Source of the DNA: Marsupella aquatica
Taxonomy: Eukaryota > Plantae > Marchantiophyta
DNA: 64,000 nt
NCBI GenBank assembly: GCA_973895155.1
Contig: OZ316891.1
Coordinates: forward strand, 15,345,037-15,409,036
Reading direction: 5' to 3'
The notes beneath the pieces were generated by a model, which made no database searches, had not been told where the DNA came from, and saw only the letters and a list, made by a program, of their open reading frames with translations. Positions 1 to 14,700 of the stretch are shown piece by piece; the stretch's first letter is position 1, and each line of letters opens with the position of its first letter. Position numbers and translations under genes: made by a program.

Positions 1-3000
1 ATCTTTCAACTCACTGGAGATATGCGGATACAGGTCTTGTATAGTGATCTTCCTAACTTGGAGCATCTTTGATCGCTGGATACATGTGAGAGTAATTTTA
101 CGGGTAAATTTGCTGATATTATTCGCTTGAATTGTATGCGGCTGTTGCAGCAAGCCTCCTCGAGAGGCGAAGCTTTCACGAGAATTGATTGTGTTACTCA
201 CTCTTGGGGGAGTGCCTCGATCATTCTTTACGAAGCTTGTTGATAAGGCTATAGAGAACGTGGGCAATATAGTGAATGATCCAAGAGCTGCCTGGATGGG
301 TATGATGTTAATTCCTTTGGCCTTACTGCTGGTGATGTCATATTCTAAAAAAACCCTACCTGGTCCACTCATTTCTCTTACATATCGATAACTGCGTAGT
401 GTGAGTTTGTAAGTTGTTCACGTTCTGAGTCCCAGCCGTAATTGTTCTGAATGGGAAAAGTGCTCTCTTTTCAATTTTGGTTGAGGTTGGTATTTAAATT
501 TTTGATGTTTCCTTCTGATCTCAGCGATTCAAGACTGGAACAACGATAATGCCAAATTGGCTCGAAGAATGCTTCTTGCGGGGATTCCCCCGAAAGAACC
601 GTTTCTACAGAAGACCCTCATGGGGTTGAGGAAGGATTTGTTACAAGACTTCCGTAAAGGAAGAGTCTCTTTGCCTGATTCGTGTTATTTATATGGGACA
701 GCCGATCCAACTGGCACACTCGAACCGAATCAGGTTGCCATCACAATGTAAGAAGGAAGCATACTTGTCGATCGCTACTAAGGTGTCATCCCCATTGCTC
801 GTTTCTGAATGCTAGTATTACCTCGTTTCCATTACAGTACTGAACGATAATGGAAATGTAACTATTGTCACTTCGTGCAACGATTCAATTTACTATGAAG
901 TAACCAGGCGATCAAATATGGTGCATGTATTTCCAAGCTCTTCGTCTTGTGGAAAAGTTGAAGTGTCCTGTGATACGAGGCTTTCTTCTTCAGTGTTAGA
1001 AGAAAGGACTAGCACGACAGGAAATGAGACAGTCTCCAGTTAGTATATACGAGTGTCTTAAGCAATAAACTTTTCGTCTGAGGTTATTGAATACACGTAC
1101 TTAATGATGACTATTTCTGTGATATTTACACAATTTTCATGATGAGAAACATTTGAATGCTAGGAACGCTTACGATTTTTATTTCATTTTACATTGAATG
1201 TCGTAATGCAGGGGTTACGGACTTGTGTCTTGGCCACACGTAGGTGTATTTAAGAGCCCCGGGAAACACCCTGGGGATTTTCATGACTTTGAAGCCATTG
1301 CAAACAAGGAAATTCAAGACGTTGTTGGCAGTGGCAAGTACGTTATATTCTTCTCCACTAAAGGTTCGCGTTCTATTCCGGATGAGATTGCCAGCAGTGA
1401 TCTGGATGGCGATAAGTATTTCATAACTTGGAATGACGAGGTAAGATAAGAAAGTGCTATATCTTCTTTACTTTGGAGTTCAGGAATCTTGGATAAATTA
1501 AATGAATGCGCTGGCCAGGTTTAGGCAAAGGTGGCAATGGTACATCTACGTCCAGGTGGCAGGTTCCGTTGTTGTTTTGGTTCCGCTGAGGTTATCAGAA
1601 GTTGGTATTCACATCGGTAAAAATTGTCTGAAGCCTGAAAAGTCGTTAGTGTTTCTTCTTTTCCGCAGCTACTTGCCCACTACGCGGAGCACAAAGTCCG
1701 ATGGCTCAAAAAGCCAGACGAGAGCGTGGAGTCCGCCGTGTGCAAACCTGTGGATCTTCCGTGGGAAGAACTGGAAGACAGACTGATTTATAAATTCATC
1801 AATGCTCGCTTTAGTAACAGGTAGTCCCTCTATACCCGTGTGTCCAGAGCTCTCCATATTTTATAGTGAATGATTCTAAAGTACCGATGTAACTGAGGGA
1901 AGTGAATGAATTAAATTACTATCTATGGGAATGGTGCTGGTAGTAGACTACAAGCATGCTTGGCTGTTTGGTCTTGCATGACAGTTTCTGTGAGGGCATC
2001 CCTTGGATTTCAGTATTACCTCCGAAATCTAGTATAGCTAAGACATCAATTTCCACATGCCGGATAACTCACTTACGTTTTGATGCTGGTTACAGGAATG
2101 ACGTTGGCACTGTTGCAAACTGGTGGTTAACACATATGGATCTTTATCTCTTTTTGAGGGAATGTGATCCAGACCAGAGTAAGATTCATTACGAGCAAGC
2201 GTTGGAACTCGTTGGCTATTTTTATGCTCTCGTTGATTCTGAGAAGACTGGGATAAAGGTGAGAAGCCGACAATAATTTTCCAATCGAGATGCTTTGAGA
2301 ATTGAGTTTTGCAACGATTGTAGTATGCACAGTAGAAGACAACAATGAATTAATTGATTTCACGGATTCACTACTGAGAAGAGGGACTGAAACTACCAGA
2401 TGGCAGAATTGTCACAATGCTGACAGGTAAACAGGGTCTCTACCAGCGACTTGGATTTCTTTTTACATCAAAATTTAGCTACGGATCAAAATTGTTTCGC
2501 GCATGTTTTAGTGAATAAACTCTTCATCCCGTTCCTTGAGGCCCCGGTATGACCTTTTTCAAAATACAAGAATAACGGTCAGAAGTATTGGGCTGTATGT
2601 GCAGGTGAATTACCCAAAAAGGTTGGGACCAGAACGAAATCCCCATTTTCTAGAGAACAGCGAAAAACATGAAAACAGCAGAAAAGGTTACAGTTTCGGT
2701 TATTGTACATATATGAGAGATAAAAAAATTGGTTATGGTATTTATTTTAAGCTCGACAATATCTACAGATCTACCACAATTTTGGGTGAGATATATGACA
2801 AGGCACTTCGTGCAGAAGAAAATTGGAAGCTTCATTCATATGGTACACTCTTATTCAATTAGTCTTTTGGAATTCCTAAAATATTTTTGATTCTCTTCAT
2901 TTGTGCTATATTGGTTCCAATGTATCCCGTCTCGTCTCAATTGGTACTTGGTACTTTCCCTCCGTACTGACTTTTGGCAGTTATTTTTTCATGGATTCTT

Positions 3001-4039
3001 CAGTAAATGATCTCTCAAACTTAAAACAGCAGGTCGGGTCTGGATGTGAAGGAACTGCGCAGCTGTGACCATCTGTCGCTAGCTACCTCCTATAGGATCA
3101 TGCAAAAGAGGCTCAAAGGGCGTTATGCTCATCATCCATCGTAATATTGCCAGCGCAATTGCCACAAAGCCTAATCTGGACCAGGTCACAGTCGTGCTGT
3201 ATGGACTCGTTCTGATCACGTCTTCGACGACCAAAGATGGGCAGACTCTACATGTAGGCTGTGACTAGCAGAAGCCGTATCAATTCACTTGTTGTGCCAT
3301 AGGACGACATGTCTAAATAATTTATATCTCATTCAACTTTTGGTTGGAGTTTGATCGCAGTGGATATTGAGCTTGAGCAAGCCTTCAAAGTCACGGAGAA
3401 CAACTTTTCGTTATCCGACCTTTGCAGAGAATGGTCAAACAATTATGCAGCTTACAATGAAGAAATGAACACTCATATGTCACTAACAGAGTCAGACCCT
3501 TCACTGGGTGAATCTGGCTGTAGTTCTATCTATCTCAAATACAGACGAGTAAGTATGAGATTGATATCGACGTAGTCTCATTTTCAGCAATGCAAGATTC
3601 CCTTTTGGCTCTAAACTTGGATTCGTTGCAAGACCTCGATAATTGGCTCTGAACTTGGATTTTTGCATAGTGTTTTAGCTTTATAACACGTACTGACATA
3701 ACAACCCCTTTTCTCCAGCATCTTTACGACGCAGATTCACTCAACGGATCCACAAGAGAACTCGACATCCTCTTTGCCAATGCATCGGCTATATATGCAG
3801 TGGTTTATCAGGAAGCTAAAAGTGACCTAAGTCGTGGTCGGGCTCCGAAATTCAGCTTTGCGTGGAAGGTGGCAGGGACACTTCTATGTAGCATGTTTGA
3901 AAAATATTACAGAAGGAAGGGAGAAGATCCGTTGGTTGTATCGGTGCAGGCATTGGAAAGGATTTTTGGAAAGTCGCCTTGTCAGGACACCAGAGAAGAT
4001 AACATTTGTCGATTTGAAGAAGACTCGGATGTATTGTAA
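1..4039 (+). CDS. RNA-dependent RNA polymerase, RDR-gamma (RDR3/4/5-like); 3' portion, multi-exon, 5' end outside the window
   Basis: Approximate exons: 1-33, 151-299, 525-747, 1212-1440, 1669-1817, 2096-2258, 2605-2841, 3361-3548, 3719-4039, with GT-AG boundaries. Peptides include LIVLLTLGGVPRSFF, LARRMLLAGIPPKEPFL, YLYGTADPTGTLEPNQV, KSPGKHPGD, FFSTKGSRSIPDEIASSDLDGDKY (catalytic DxDGD), YRSTTILGEIYD and FSFAWKVAG. These resemble plant RDR3/4/5. Confidence 0.9.
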
Positions 4040-4899
4040 GCTTCTCTTATTTCATATCCGGTCAGAACTTGCATTGAGATCAGGTTTTGTCGTACCCAGG
4101 CTCATAGACTCTGCAAATAGATTGGAAAATCAATCCAAAACTTACCGATCAATATTTAGATGAGAAATCTATCGGTTTTGGGTTTGGTAAGAGATTTAGT
4201 GTAGTTGAGATCAAAGATTCAGGCCTGCCATCCAGTTGTATTCTCCCGTACTTGCGGTCGACCTCCCCTGATCTGTAAATTTTGGCTCCTTGAAGTTGCT
4301 TTACAGAATAGTCCATCATTCAGTCCATTCACTGTTAGACTTTCTTTGTAAGCACTGTGACCTGCATCAGCTGCAACGACACCTGACATTATTTACCCTG
4401 ATTTGTAACCCAAGCCATTGAACAATTTAATCAGCCTGTGTTCCATTAGATGTCTAGTTCTCATCAGAGGTCTTGGTCCGCTCTGTAATTAGTTCATGGT
4501 CGCCTGTTTTGTTTGATTGGGTGTAGCTGTCAAATCTTGGATGCCTTTGTACATTCTGGGTCTGTGAGAATGACTGAATGAAAAGAATTGAGGAAAAGCT
4601 AGTCAACAGATTGTATTACAAGTGATTCGGGAATACAAGATACTCTATACTAATAGCTAATCTACAATATGGACAACACCAACAAGTCTGTCCCTAGAAG
4701 GAACGTGAAACTTCAGTATTACACTCATGATACAAGATTTATGGTAGAGATAGGATCTTACGTTTGTGTTACTGTGAGCACATGGATTTGAAACTAACAA
4801 AGTATAGCAAATCATTAATTGTGCTAGAAGAAAGTAATTTCTAACACACCCGCCCAATTGATGATGGCTCATCAATCAGGCTAGACCTAAGGCTAAAGT

Positions 4900-5310
4900 A
4901 TGTTGCTAATGAAGTCCTTTAGGAAGGGAAGGGGCCTTGGTGAAAATATCTGCCACCGTATCTTCAGAAGGCAGATGTAAAATGGTGATTTCACCACTTG
5001 TGATCTGATACTTGATAAAATGTCGATGTGTTTGGACCTGACATGGTGTTTAGCTGAAGAAGACATGGTGCTCTTGTTATCACAGAAAAGCTCTGTGATG
5101 GACTGAGGCTGTCCAATGTCTCAAAGTAATCAATTGCTCAAGCTCCTGGCACTCCCGATGAGATTACTAATATGAGTACTATCCCTTAATGAAGTGCCGT
5201 GGGCAGCTTGATGTGGGCAGCTTGATGTCACGCCCAGATATAGCTTACTCTGTAAGCACTATGGCCCAATATATGTTCAACCTAGGACCTGAACATTGGC
5301 AAGCTGTTAA
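4900..5310. mobile_element. Degenerate Ty1/Copia pol relics, two fragments in opposite orientation
   Basis: Minus strand at about 4900-5100 reads ELFCDNKSTM and ILHLPSEDTVADIFTK (Copia RNase H). Plus strand at about 5210-5310 reads VGSLMSRPDIAYSVSTMAQYMFNLGPEHWQAV (Copia RT C-terminus). Confidence 0.8.
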
Positions 5311-5721
5311 TAATTTCGCTCTAATAACTCGGCTCAAATGCAGGTTTTACGAAGCATTGTATTCTATGAACTGACGAACCAAGTATTTTGAAGAAACAAC
5401 CTACAGTAGTGAAGAGTCTCCACATAGAACGTTAACCGGCTAATTTGGCAGGACACGCATGCCTCCAAATCGCATCTGGACCATGATACGTTTTTTCTTT
5501 GGTTTGTTTTTCGTAGGCCATGACATTTTGATGGCTCTTCTCGATCTCTCTCTCTCTCCTCTGAGCGTGGATGCGCCAGGCAGTGCACAAGAAAAGTTTC
5601 ATGAAATAAGAGATTTATGATGGTGAGTGACATTCACCTAATGTTGTATCGATTATTAAAACTCTCCGCCAACGAGATTTTCGCACGAAATCGCTTAGTC
5701 TCCTTTCTGCCTCGTGCTGGT

Positions 5722-8700
5722 TTAATCCCTGCAACTACAAATGAGTGCTACTCCACGTAAGGCCCAGTGCATGGGGGACATAGATCCAGTAGGAAGATCG
5801 ATGGTCCCGACATAGTTACACCCTGCACACTGCTGGAGTCCTGCAATTTGACACAAGAGAATTTACTTATCTCGTTGATATTGTCAGCAGTAGAAATCTT
5901 TTTGAGCTCCTATCAATTTTGTAATCTTTTTACACAACAAAGATGTCCAGAATTGCAATAACCCCTAGCATCCTGTCCCCATGATTGTAGCGAGCAGAGT
6001 ATTTTTCACGGCAGTGAAAAGTAAGAGTCGATTAGGATTATTCTAGGTAAAACTGTTCATAACGAAGGATTCATAAAAGGAATTGCAATGTTAATTCTGT
6101 CACAACAAAAACCAGCGAATGGATGCACGAGATTGTTGTGCTCTCGAGTGTAGATTGTCAATATTCTAACAAGTGGTTTTTTAAGTGGATGGTAGGAAGA
6201 GAATTTACCGTTTCTTGCTTGGGTAGTGTAAACTGGACAGCAGTAGTTCCTCTTGCTCTCAACAAGGGTAGCATTTGTGCGTGGTCGTAACCATAAATCA
6301 CACATTTTACTCGTCAAATGGTTTGGCTCACTCTCAGCCAATGCGTGTAAGTTCGGATCCCACCTTGCACCCTCTAAGTATAAGCCTGAGATGTAGCAAC
6401 CATCATCAGATTCGCCTGCAACCTGTTTTCCACCAAATGCATGAAATTGCAGTTAATCTGGAAAGGTTTAAATCTACGATTTGATATTGTTCGCAATATG
6501 GGGATTAAAAGAGATGGGTAAGGTCTGGACACTCGTCAACAACATTTGGATGACGCAGTAAGTCTACTGTGCATGGCCGTGGTACCAAAAACATTACTGT
6601 CCCGTAAGTAGAACTTAGAGCGCACCCACAGACTCCCATCCGCCCAATATGGAAGAGTGGGGAGGAGGAACACATCGGGTCAACTGCAATGTAATAAGAA
6701 ATGCAATCTTACCTCAAGGTACGTTTCCATCATGATGACATCAAGATAAAGGGAACTCAGTGGAAGCTTCCAAGATCTTGCGGAATTTTGCAATGTAGCA
6801 GCAAATATTGCCTGATTGAAAGAAATGCACATTTGAATAGCAGTCCATAATGAATTGTAAGTTTAAAGGTTCCGTTTGATTAAATCTCCTCTGCCCAACC
6901 CCACTACAACAAGATTTGGAGGATCTGTGCCAAGACAAAAGAGTCAATAAGGTGTCAATCTGGTTTCCAATCTCAGATTACCTGAGGAAAGAACAAGACA
7001 GAGACCCATATCACATGTGGACGACCATTTTCAACCCATGTTCTCATGTAATCCATTCTTCTACGGAAATCACTCATCCAGCCGGTCAATGACTTCAGGC
7101 TTGCATATCCGTTCAATAACCATAGCTTCGGAACCTGCTCACATGGAATAGCTTCTTTATCGATTGAAAGTTTAGCTCTTCATTTACTTTTTCCATCTGC
7201 CTGGAATCTCTAGGCTCGAAAACTATCTCAATTCAACGCAAAAGTGGAGCTATCTCGGGTTTAGGTGCTCGACCTGGCCAGCTATTATGCTCGCTAGGAG
7301 CGCTTCCATATCCGGTGTCATGTCTCCAGACATTTCGATTGCCTAAAATAACCACATCAGGATCGTTTAATAAACAACATTGACTTCATGATATACACTT
7401 GAGAAACTCCTTGAATTATCTTGTGGATATATGGAAACTAATGACACAATGCGGAGAAAAAGGAATGGTGCATGGAACGTTGGAACCTTCACAGCTTTGG
7501 CTATAGATGCTCTCATTATTGAAGTCAGCCGGTTGTAGCGCTGGACCTCCTGTCACATGTTTGAGAGGATGGATACAAATTAATACCAAATCATACGAAA
7601 AGGGATTCGAAGATGATCACAAAAAGGAATAGACTATTGCAAGTCCAAAGTGGACAACGTCAGTGAAAGAATGCCAGACATAAATTGTTTCCAATACCTG
7701 AAGTAGAAACAGAGAAAACGGATCTGGTTTGTTCTGAATTTGAGATCGGAGGGTGTGCTCATTCAATGTAGTCTCCACACTGCCGCCAATTTCTAAGAAG
7801 CATTCTAGAATCAAGCCCTTCTGTAAACCCAGGGAGGAACTTGAATTAAAACAATATAGACAGAAAAAGTGAGAGAAAAACCACAATTGACAGTAACCAA
7901 GGTGTCTGGCTGCTGAGAGGGCTAGAATGCGAAGATCTTCGTTCTGCCAATCATGTACATGTTGATGTACCCAAAACTAAAAAGGAAAATTAACCGAAGA
8001 AAAAGCGAATCTCAACCAAGTTCTTTGAGATCTATAACGCGTGGAAAAATTGCCAGGAGAAAGAGCTGGAATTAATAGAACCTTTGTCTGAAATACACAG
8101 GTGAATGGGGCCATAAAGGACTCCTTGCTCGTCTCGAGGGTAAGCGCTTCTCTAAACAGTTCGTGTGTGTCTTCCCGAGCACGATTGATTACAGCATCCT
8201 TTGGTAATCCCATGACCTAGCGCAGCAACGGAATAATTCGTCTCAATCCATAGCAATTCTATCGGTGCCTTAACAATGTTTTCAGCAGCGGCCGCGAAGA
8301 ACGATAGTATCTACAAGTAATATCTGAAATTATGCAAACAATACTACGAATCATCCACATCCCAGAGGTCGAGTATACGGTACGTTCCAACTACAGAAGA
8401 GTCGCAAGACCAATGCGACTTATAGTGCAACGATATAAGTTGATTACAGTAAACCTCCTGCATGCTTGTTTCTGTTCTGTGAACCTCTTGCTAGACTCGT
8501 TTCAACCAGTTTCCGTCAGCCTCTCGTGCCTACTGAAGAACATCCCAGTCCAAAAAACTGATACAAACCTCGGGGTCTTCTTGTTCTGGCAGATTGCGAG
8601 CATGCACAAGAAAATCGTCAAGGGTTCCTCTTGCATTTGGTGAAAATGAAGTGACATAGCTCGCAATTTCAGCTTCAGCACAAACAAATATCAGAAACTT

Positions 8701-11700
8701 TACCTTTATCAGTCTAAAGCATGTAATCCTATAAAGATTTCTGTTATCCATTCACAATCAAGATAACGTCCAATCAGTTGTAAACACATTCAATACGATC
8801 AATCCCCATTTCGTCGAATCACTTCACTGAATCGAGATCGCTAGCCTTCTGATTTCTGTCCTAATTGTTAATCTCTAGCCTTGTGAATCAAATCAGAAAG
8901 AAACAATTCCAATATAAGCCCACAAACAGCAACAGACCATATTGCGCAAGCCCAGTAACAACAGCAAACGAAATGCTACCCCTTGCTTGTGTATCAAGGA
9001 TACATGTTCTCAACCATGCCTAACCCTGCACAAACAGCATATAAGTAATATTACATGATGTCAATCCCGCCTGAAACTATTTCTGGGTGGAGTTGGAGCT
9101 AACTTGAGCTGAAGCAACGCCGGAAAAGTTCATATATTAGATGCTCGTCCTGGTTGTCAATGATGTATCCACCATAGACAACCTTTGTGATCATGTACTG
9201 CAGGCAGATCAATGCATTCTTGTTTTGATTGAGTACTTTCAGTGTAGTCGAGCTGTTTGGGTCAGCAGCTGCTGGAATTTCACTCAGCTTGCAAAGCTCA
9301 ACCTTAGCAAGATTAAAAACAGTATGGTCCAGTTCCACTGGTAAATTCCACCTGCGTGATATTCCAGCCTAAGGTGAAGAAGCTGGGAAACATTCGGTAA
9401 ATCTCGAAACTATATGGAACAAGAAATTGCACATATCGTAGAAGCTGAAGAAATAATATTGGAAAGTACTAATCACAATGCATGTACAAAAAACAGATGA
9501 AACATAAGAAAAACTAGGACCATGCCATCTTACCCCATTGCTCCAAAGTGTGCACGCTCTTGCACTATCGAGTGAAATAATGCTAGCTGAAACAATCCTC
9601 GAGGATGTTTCACATGGTTTTTATCAATCTGCATTTGACTGTGTCCCTGAAATGTTCACTCATCGGAACTTAGTTTGTATTGATAGTCTTGTTCTCGTTT
9701 CTTGTTGTTCGGGTCGGGATTTAGGTTCTCTATACTTCTAGATTATCGTTCACTACGCACTGTCTCCCCCCTTGATCAAACTGCTACACTGCAAACTTTG
9801 GGCCATCTACTGCTTTGCTCTTAGTCAGTTGTCCTTTTGAGACCTGAAGACTTCTCAATTAATAATAGGACCGTTAATTCTTAGGATGTACCGAGTCCCA
9901 TGCAATTGCAAACCAGATATAGACAAAGTGATTAGTTCATTCTCTCTGTCATTTATTGCCGTTTGCTAGCCTTCTGTTCATATTTTTTAAATTTTCATTG
10001 CCAGTTCCAGCCTTGCGGTGTTCCAGGAATTTCAAAGATTGAATTAAGAAAATTGTTGGTCATTGTGATCTCTCTGTTGTTTTCCCGAGTTGACTCATTT
10101 TCCTTCACAGATTGATACTCACAAGATAGATCTCATCAGCTTTCTCGATCATGAGAATTTGAACCATCTTAGACTTCACACCCTTTGCGGGCTCAACAAC
10201 GATTTTAATACTGCAGTGGAGACAAAACCGTAGTCCGACACAACATTAGTTACAGCTCTTATTGCACCAGACTTTATGGGATTCAATCTGAGGATCAAAA
10301 TTGACCAAAAGGTTGTCCTTTCCTCTCTAGGTGGCCAAATGCATCCTTCGGAAATTCTCTAATACTAAAGTAGTTGTAATGCTCAGTGAATGTCAAACTA
10401 GCCGAAGACAACAGTCTAAGAATTTCAGTTTCAACATGCCTGTCTGCAAGTAGGTAGGGTGGTCGTCCAGGCATTGTCTCAGTTGTAAGCCAGAGTCTGA
10501 AGCTGTCATGAATCTGTCTCGTCTTCACATCATTGAGTGCAACCCTTACACAACTATTGATCCAAGGTATGTTTGTGTGACAGTTCTGAAGGAGCACCCA
10601 CCTGCGTGGAATGATTAAGGACATCAAGGAGCAGCGAAGAAGAACGTGACTGGCAGGTAGTAGACAGATTTCTTAGATTAAAAGCCGGACTTCATCTCTT
10701 AATTCTGTTCACTCTCGAATGCAACTGCCAACCCGACGATCAATTCCAAAAATTCCGTTTAAGGAGGTTATGCTACTCTACTTTCTACTTTAGAACGCGA
10801 AGGACTCAAAATGTAGTGGTGGTTCCACGTGACGGCTATTATTATTAAGTTTGTGCATTCCCTGTCATGGTTTTTTCCCACTCATATAGTGTTGAGTGCC
10901 GTTTCTTGGTTCCTAGTTTTCGTGAAGGTACTCACAAAACACCTGTATCACTTACATTCTGCGCACCGTTACCTTTATCCAAAAATAAAATAAATAAATA
11001 AACATTCATCACTCAAACAAAGCTCTGACTGGGTCCTGCAGTATGCGGTATCCTTCATTTTTCAAAATTTTCTTGAATAAACAGAGCGGCATAGGTGACT
11101 TAGGATACGTTTAAAATACAGGTGCAGAGGAACGACGTACATTCCCATCACAATTTATACCCTAACAAGGATAATGTGTTAAATGTTAAACGACAAAGGT
11201 AGCATACATGTGGTGCAATGAAATCACCACATCTTTGGAGCCAAAACACACCCTATTTCAATTAACTTTATATTTAGTCGAGGTCAGGATGAAGGAATGA
11301 AGCTTACTTCCCCCATGTGGCGGCTTCTTTCACTGCTTCCAGCATTTTGGGTCCCTGTAATTATTGGGATTGTGGTTAGGAAATTACAGCCAGAATTGGT
11401 CGTTGTGCTCAAAAGGATAAATTCTAAACGTTGGCAGTAAAACTGACCTGGCATTGCTCAAGTGAAAACACCCATAGTCTCTTCAGCATATTTCTTCGTT
11501 TTGCGCATGTCATGATCTGTTGTTGTCAAACAAGCATGTTCATACAAACATTACTCTCTCTGGAATACAGAAGAAACCATGATGGTCACAGTTTGACTTA
11601 GACTTAGCTTTTCAAGTTGTGGATATCTTGTTCGGTTTAGTTGTTTCTCAAAGGCAAAGGGCAACACATTTTCCCACCCTTTCCGCTAACTCAACCCGCA

Positions 11701-14700
11701 AGTATACTTGTGTGCTATCGCATGATTACTTTCCAGTACCACCTTAATCGCATTATCTTCATCTCTCTGCATGAAATCGATGAAAATATGCTTAATCCTC
11801 GTTTGAGTCTATACCTCATCTAATGGAGTTACGACACCTTTGAAGATGCATGTGATAGGAGTTTCTGTTGTGGAGTCCTCATAAGCATTTTGAACAGAAA
11901 TTTCTGTAAGGTCCTCCTTCCCCAGATTCAGCTGATCTCTAATAAGGTCTTCGACAGCTTCCATCACCTGCTACAGCTCAATCACCATTTTTATGTGAGG
12001 ATCAATCTACACTGAGAAAATATTAAGAACACATGTAAACCAAGGTGGGAAAGGAAGATAAGTCTGAACAGAGGGCTCATCAGCCCGACGTGGATTACAT
12101 TCAAAAGTAACTCAGAATAGAGTGCATGGATTATATGATCAGACAAATTCCCACAACCTTGGAAAGCAAATTACATGGTTATCGATTTTTAAAGGACAAG
12201 TTCCTCTCATTTCTTATCAACTTTATTCAAATACCACCCTAAAATTATTGAACTTATTGAAGTGCTATCTAGGAAGCTAGAATGACACCCCATATTCAGT
12301 TTATCTCTGACCAGCACAGGAGGAACGTACCATGTCTAATCGGAGACAACGCAATACGAGCAATGACCTGAATGGTCCAAGTTTGTCTTTCCAGGACCCA
12401 GGTAGATTACAAGATTGACTTGAACTACAAAAATCTCGCCATTTTTCTTCGTGCAAATCCTCAAGAAGCCCTTCAAACCTGATTAGCAGAAGAAAAGGGA
12501 GAGACCAACGTGCCTTTTGTCAGCTCTTTCTCACCCTTATCTCACTACTGATGCTCAGCTCATTAAGACGTATCCGTCTGATGGATCTTACCTAGAACCA
12601 AGCGCAAGTCCAAATTCAAGAGCGTTTTCATCGCAGAATAGTATCTCAATCACACACACAAAAAACAACGACCAAATAATAAATCTAACTGTAACCCAAT
12701 TTCAGCGGTATTATCATCCTCGGTTGACGATAATCTCCCATTTTCCCGTGTTCCCAGAGACAGTGGACGATAAAATTGCATTCATTCTATGAGTTCATCT
12801 CCGTACATCGTCATGGCATTATTTCAAATTTTGATTTGTCTTATATGGAGGATTTATGCTTACTTGGGGAACTTTAAGAGGGCTTCAAGTTGCTTCCATC
12901 GGTTTGACGTTGGTTCCAGCCATGTGGGACAAGACTCCGGACATCCAAAAGAATTTCCAGTTTCGCCTTGTAATAAGAACATCCACTCTTCCCGGTCCAC
13001 GTCATGTCTTGCCTGGGCTAATCTGTCAAGAAATCGCCCAATGCTTCATAGTACTGCAAAGGAAAACTTCTCCACATCGGGTATCCTCAGAAAATTCAAT
13101 TTCTTTTTTATTTGACAGTTCAAAGTGCATGGATAGAGGTAGAGTACCTAAAAACGACCAGCAGACCAAACAGAATCCGGTGCTTGTATAGTAGACCAGA
13201 ACAGATCTTTTTGAATATAGCAAAGGTGATTTTGGATATCAAGTATTCAAGCCGTGTCGTGAAGTCAACTGGATTTAGTGCTGATGTCCGCTGCATGCTT
13301 GTGCTGTACACTGTCTTAAACCAAGGCAGAGTCCACTGGTAGACAGACTCCAGCTGTAGTATGATCCATCGCACACAAAAGATTGAGGGGTGTGAATGTA
13401 TGACATTTGGAAGTGCTGGAAATGAAGAGATGCGTATGAAGCTGGCGATTATTTCCGGACCAGTGAGCTAAAAACATTATGGAATGGTCTGCTTTACCCT
13501 TGAGACATCAGCAATGCAAGAGTATAAAATAGCAGCTCTTTCTGCGACGGGTAAATGTCTTTTCCGGGTAATCTCCACGGCTTCTTCAGTGGCAGCTGCC
13601 CTTGCCAGTTTAGCCTAGACGAGAGAAGAGATATAAACATATAGAAAGAAAGAAGCGAATGAAAGACTCTAGAGCAATAAATTCTATGTGAGTTTTTGGC
13701 ACACTCGTTCTTGTGTTCTTTTTCTCCTTTCAAATCCGAGATTACTTTCCTCACAACAATAATCAGGATAACGTAAAATCTTCTGCAGCAGCAATTGCGA
13801 AATCCAAACATATTACACTTGAATCCCTCTAAACATGGAATAAATAAATTTGATGGTGATGTCCCTAGTGGATATTGGCTTTACAATGTTTACTCATGAG
13901 CACTGCCAATGCACTTGAAACAAACGAACTTCACCGAGACTGATGATCTACTCTGGATTCTCTTTAGTTGGCAAGAACAGTGCAAGATTCTCCTCAGACA
14001 AAATTGATGAACATGCGAACCCATAGAAGGTAATTTGAACCTGAATATCAGCATATGTAGCAGTAGCTTTTGAAAGAGCATCTTCTAGAGCCTCATCATC
14101 AAGTATTGTAACCTTCCACAACAATAAGGCGATACATGATAAAAATTCCGCTGCACGAGATAGAGCTCGTGTAATGGAGTGCTGGGCAAAGAAATCATTC
14201 AATGACAAACAAAGCTCACAAATCTCACAGTCATCGAGAATCTATTTGTAAGAGTGAGAATATTTCTATTAGTCTTGAAGTTGAACTAACACAACAATGG
14301 TCACCAGTTTCCGTTCCTCTTGCGGGGATCAACCCTCATGCGGAAATTTATTTTTCTGAAATCCCGGAAGGTAATCCATCGATCACCGTAGATTGCAACA
14401 TTCGTTTGTAATTTCTAGTAGATCCTTGATATTAAATGTATACATTACCCACTTTCTAGCGCCTTTCTCTTAGCCTATTAAGGACCACACAAACTAACCA
14501 CTTATTGACTTTGAATTCATTGTAAGCACGTGCAAAGAAGAATTCAATCTTGAACGAATAAAGAACTTACCATCACTCCCTGGAGAAGTGTCAAAATGTG
14601 GTCTTCTATTTCCTGCAGACGGCAATTTAGGAGCAATCTCTGCTGCATCAAGTGGGCTCGCTCTTCCTCAAGGTCCACTCTTTCCTTCTCCGCAGCTTAT

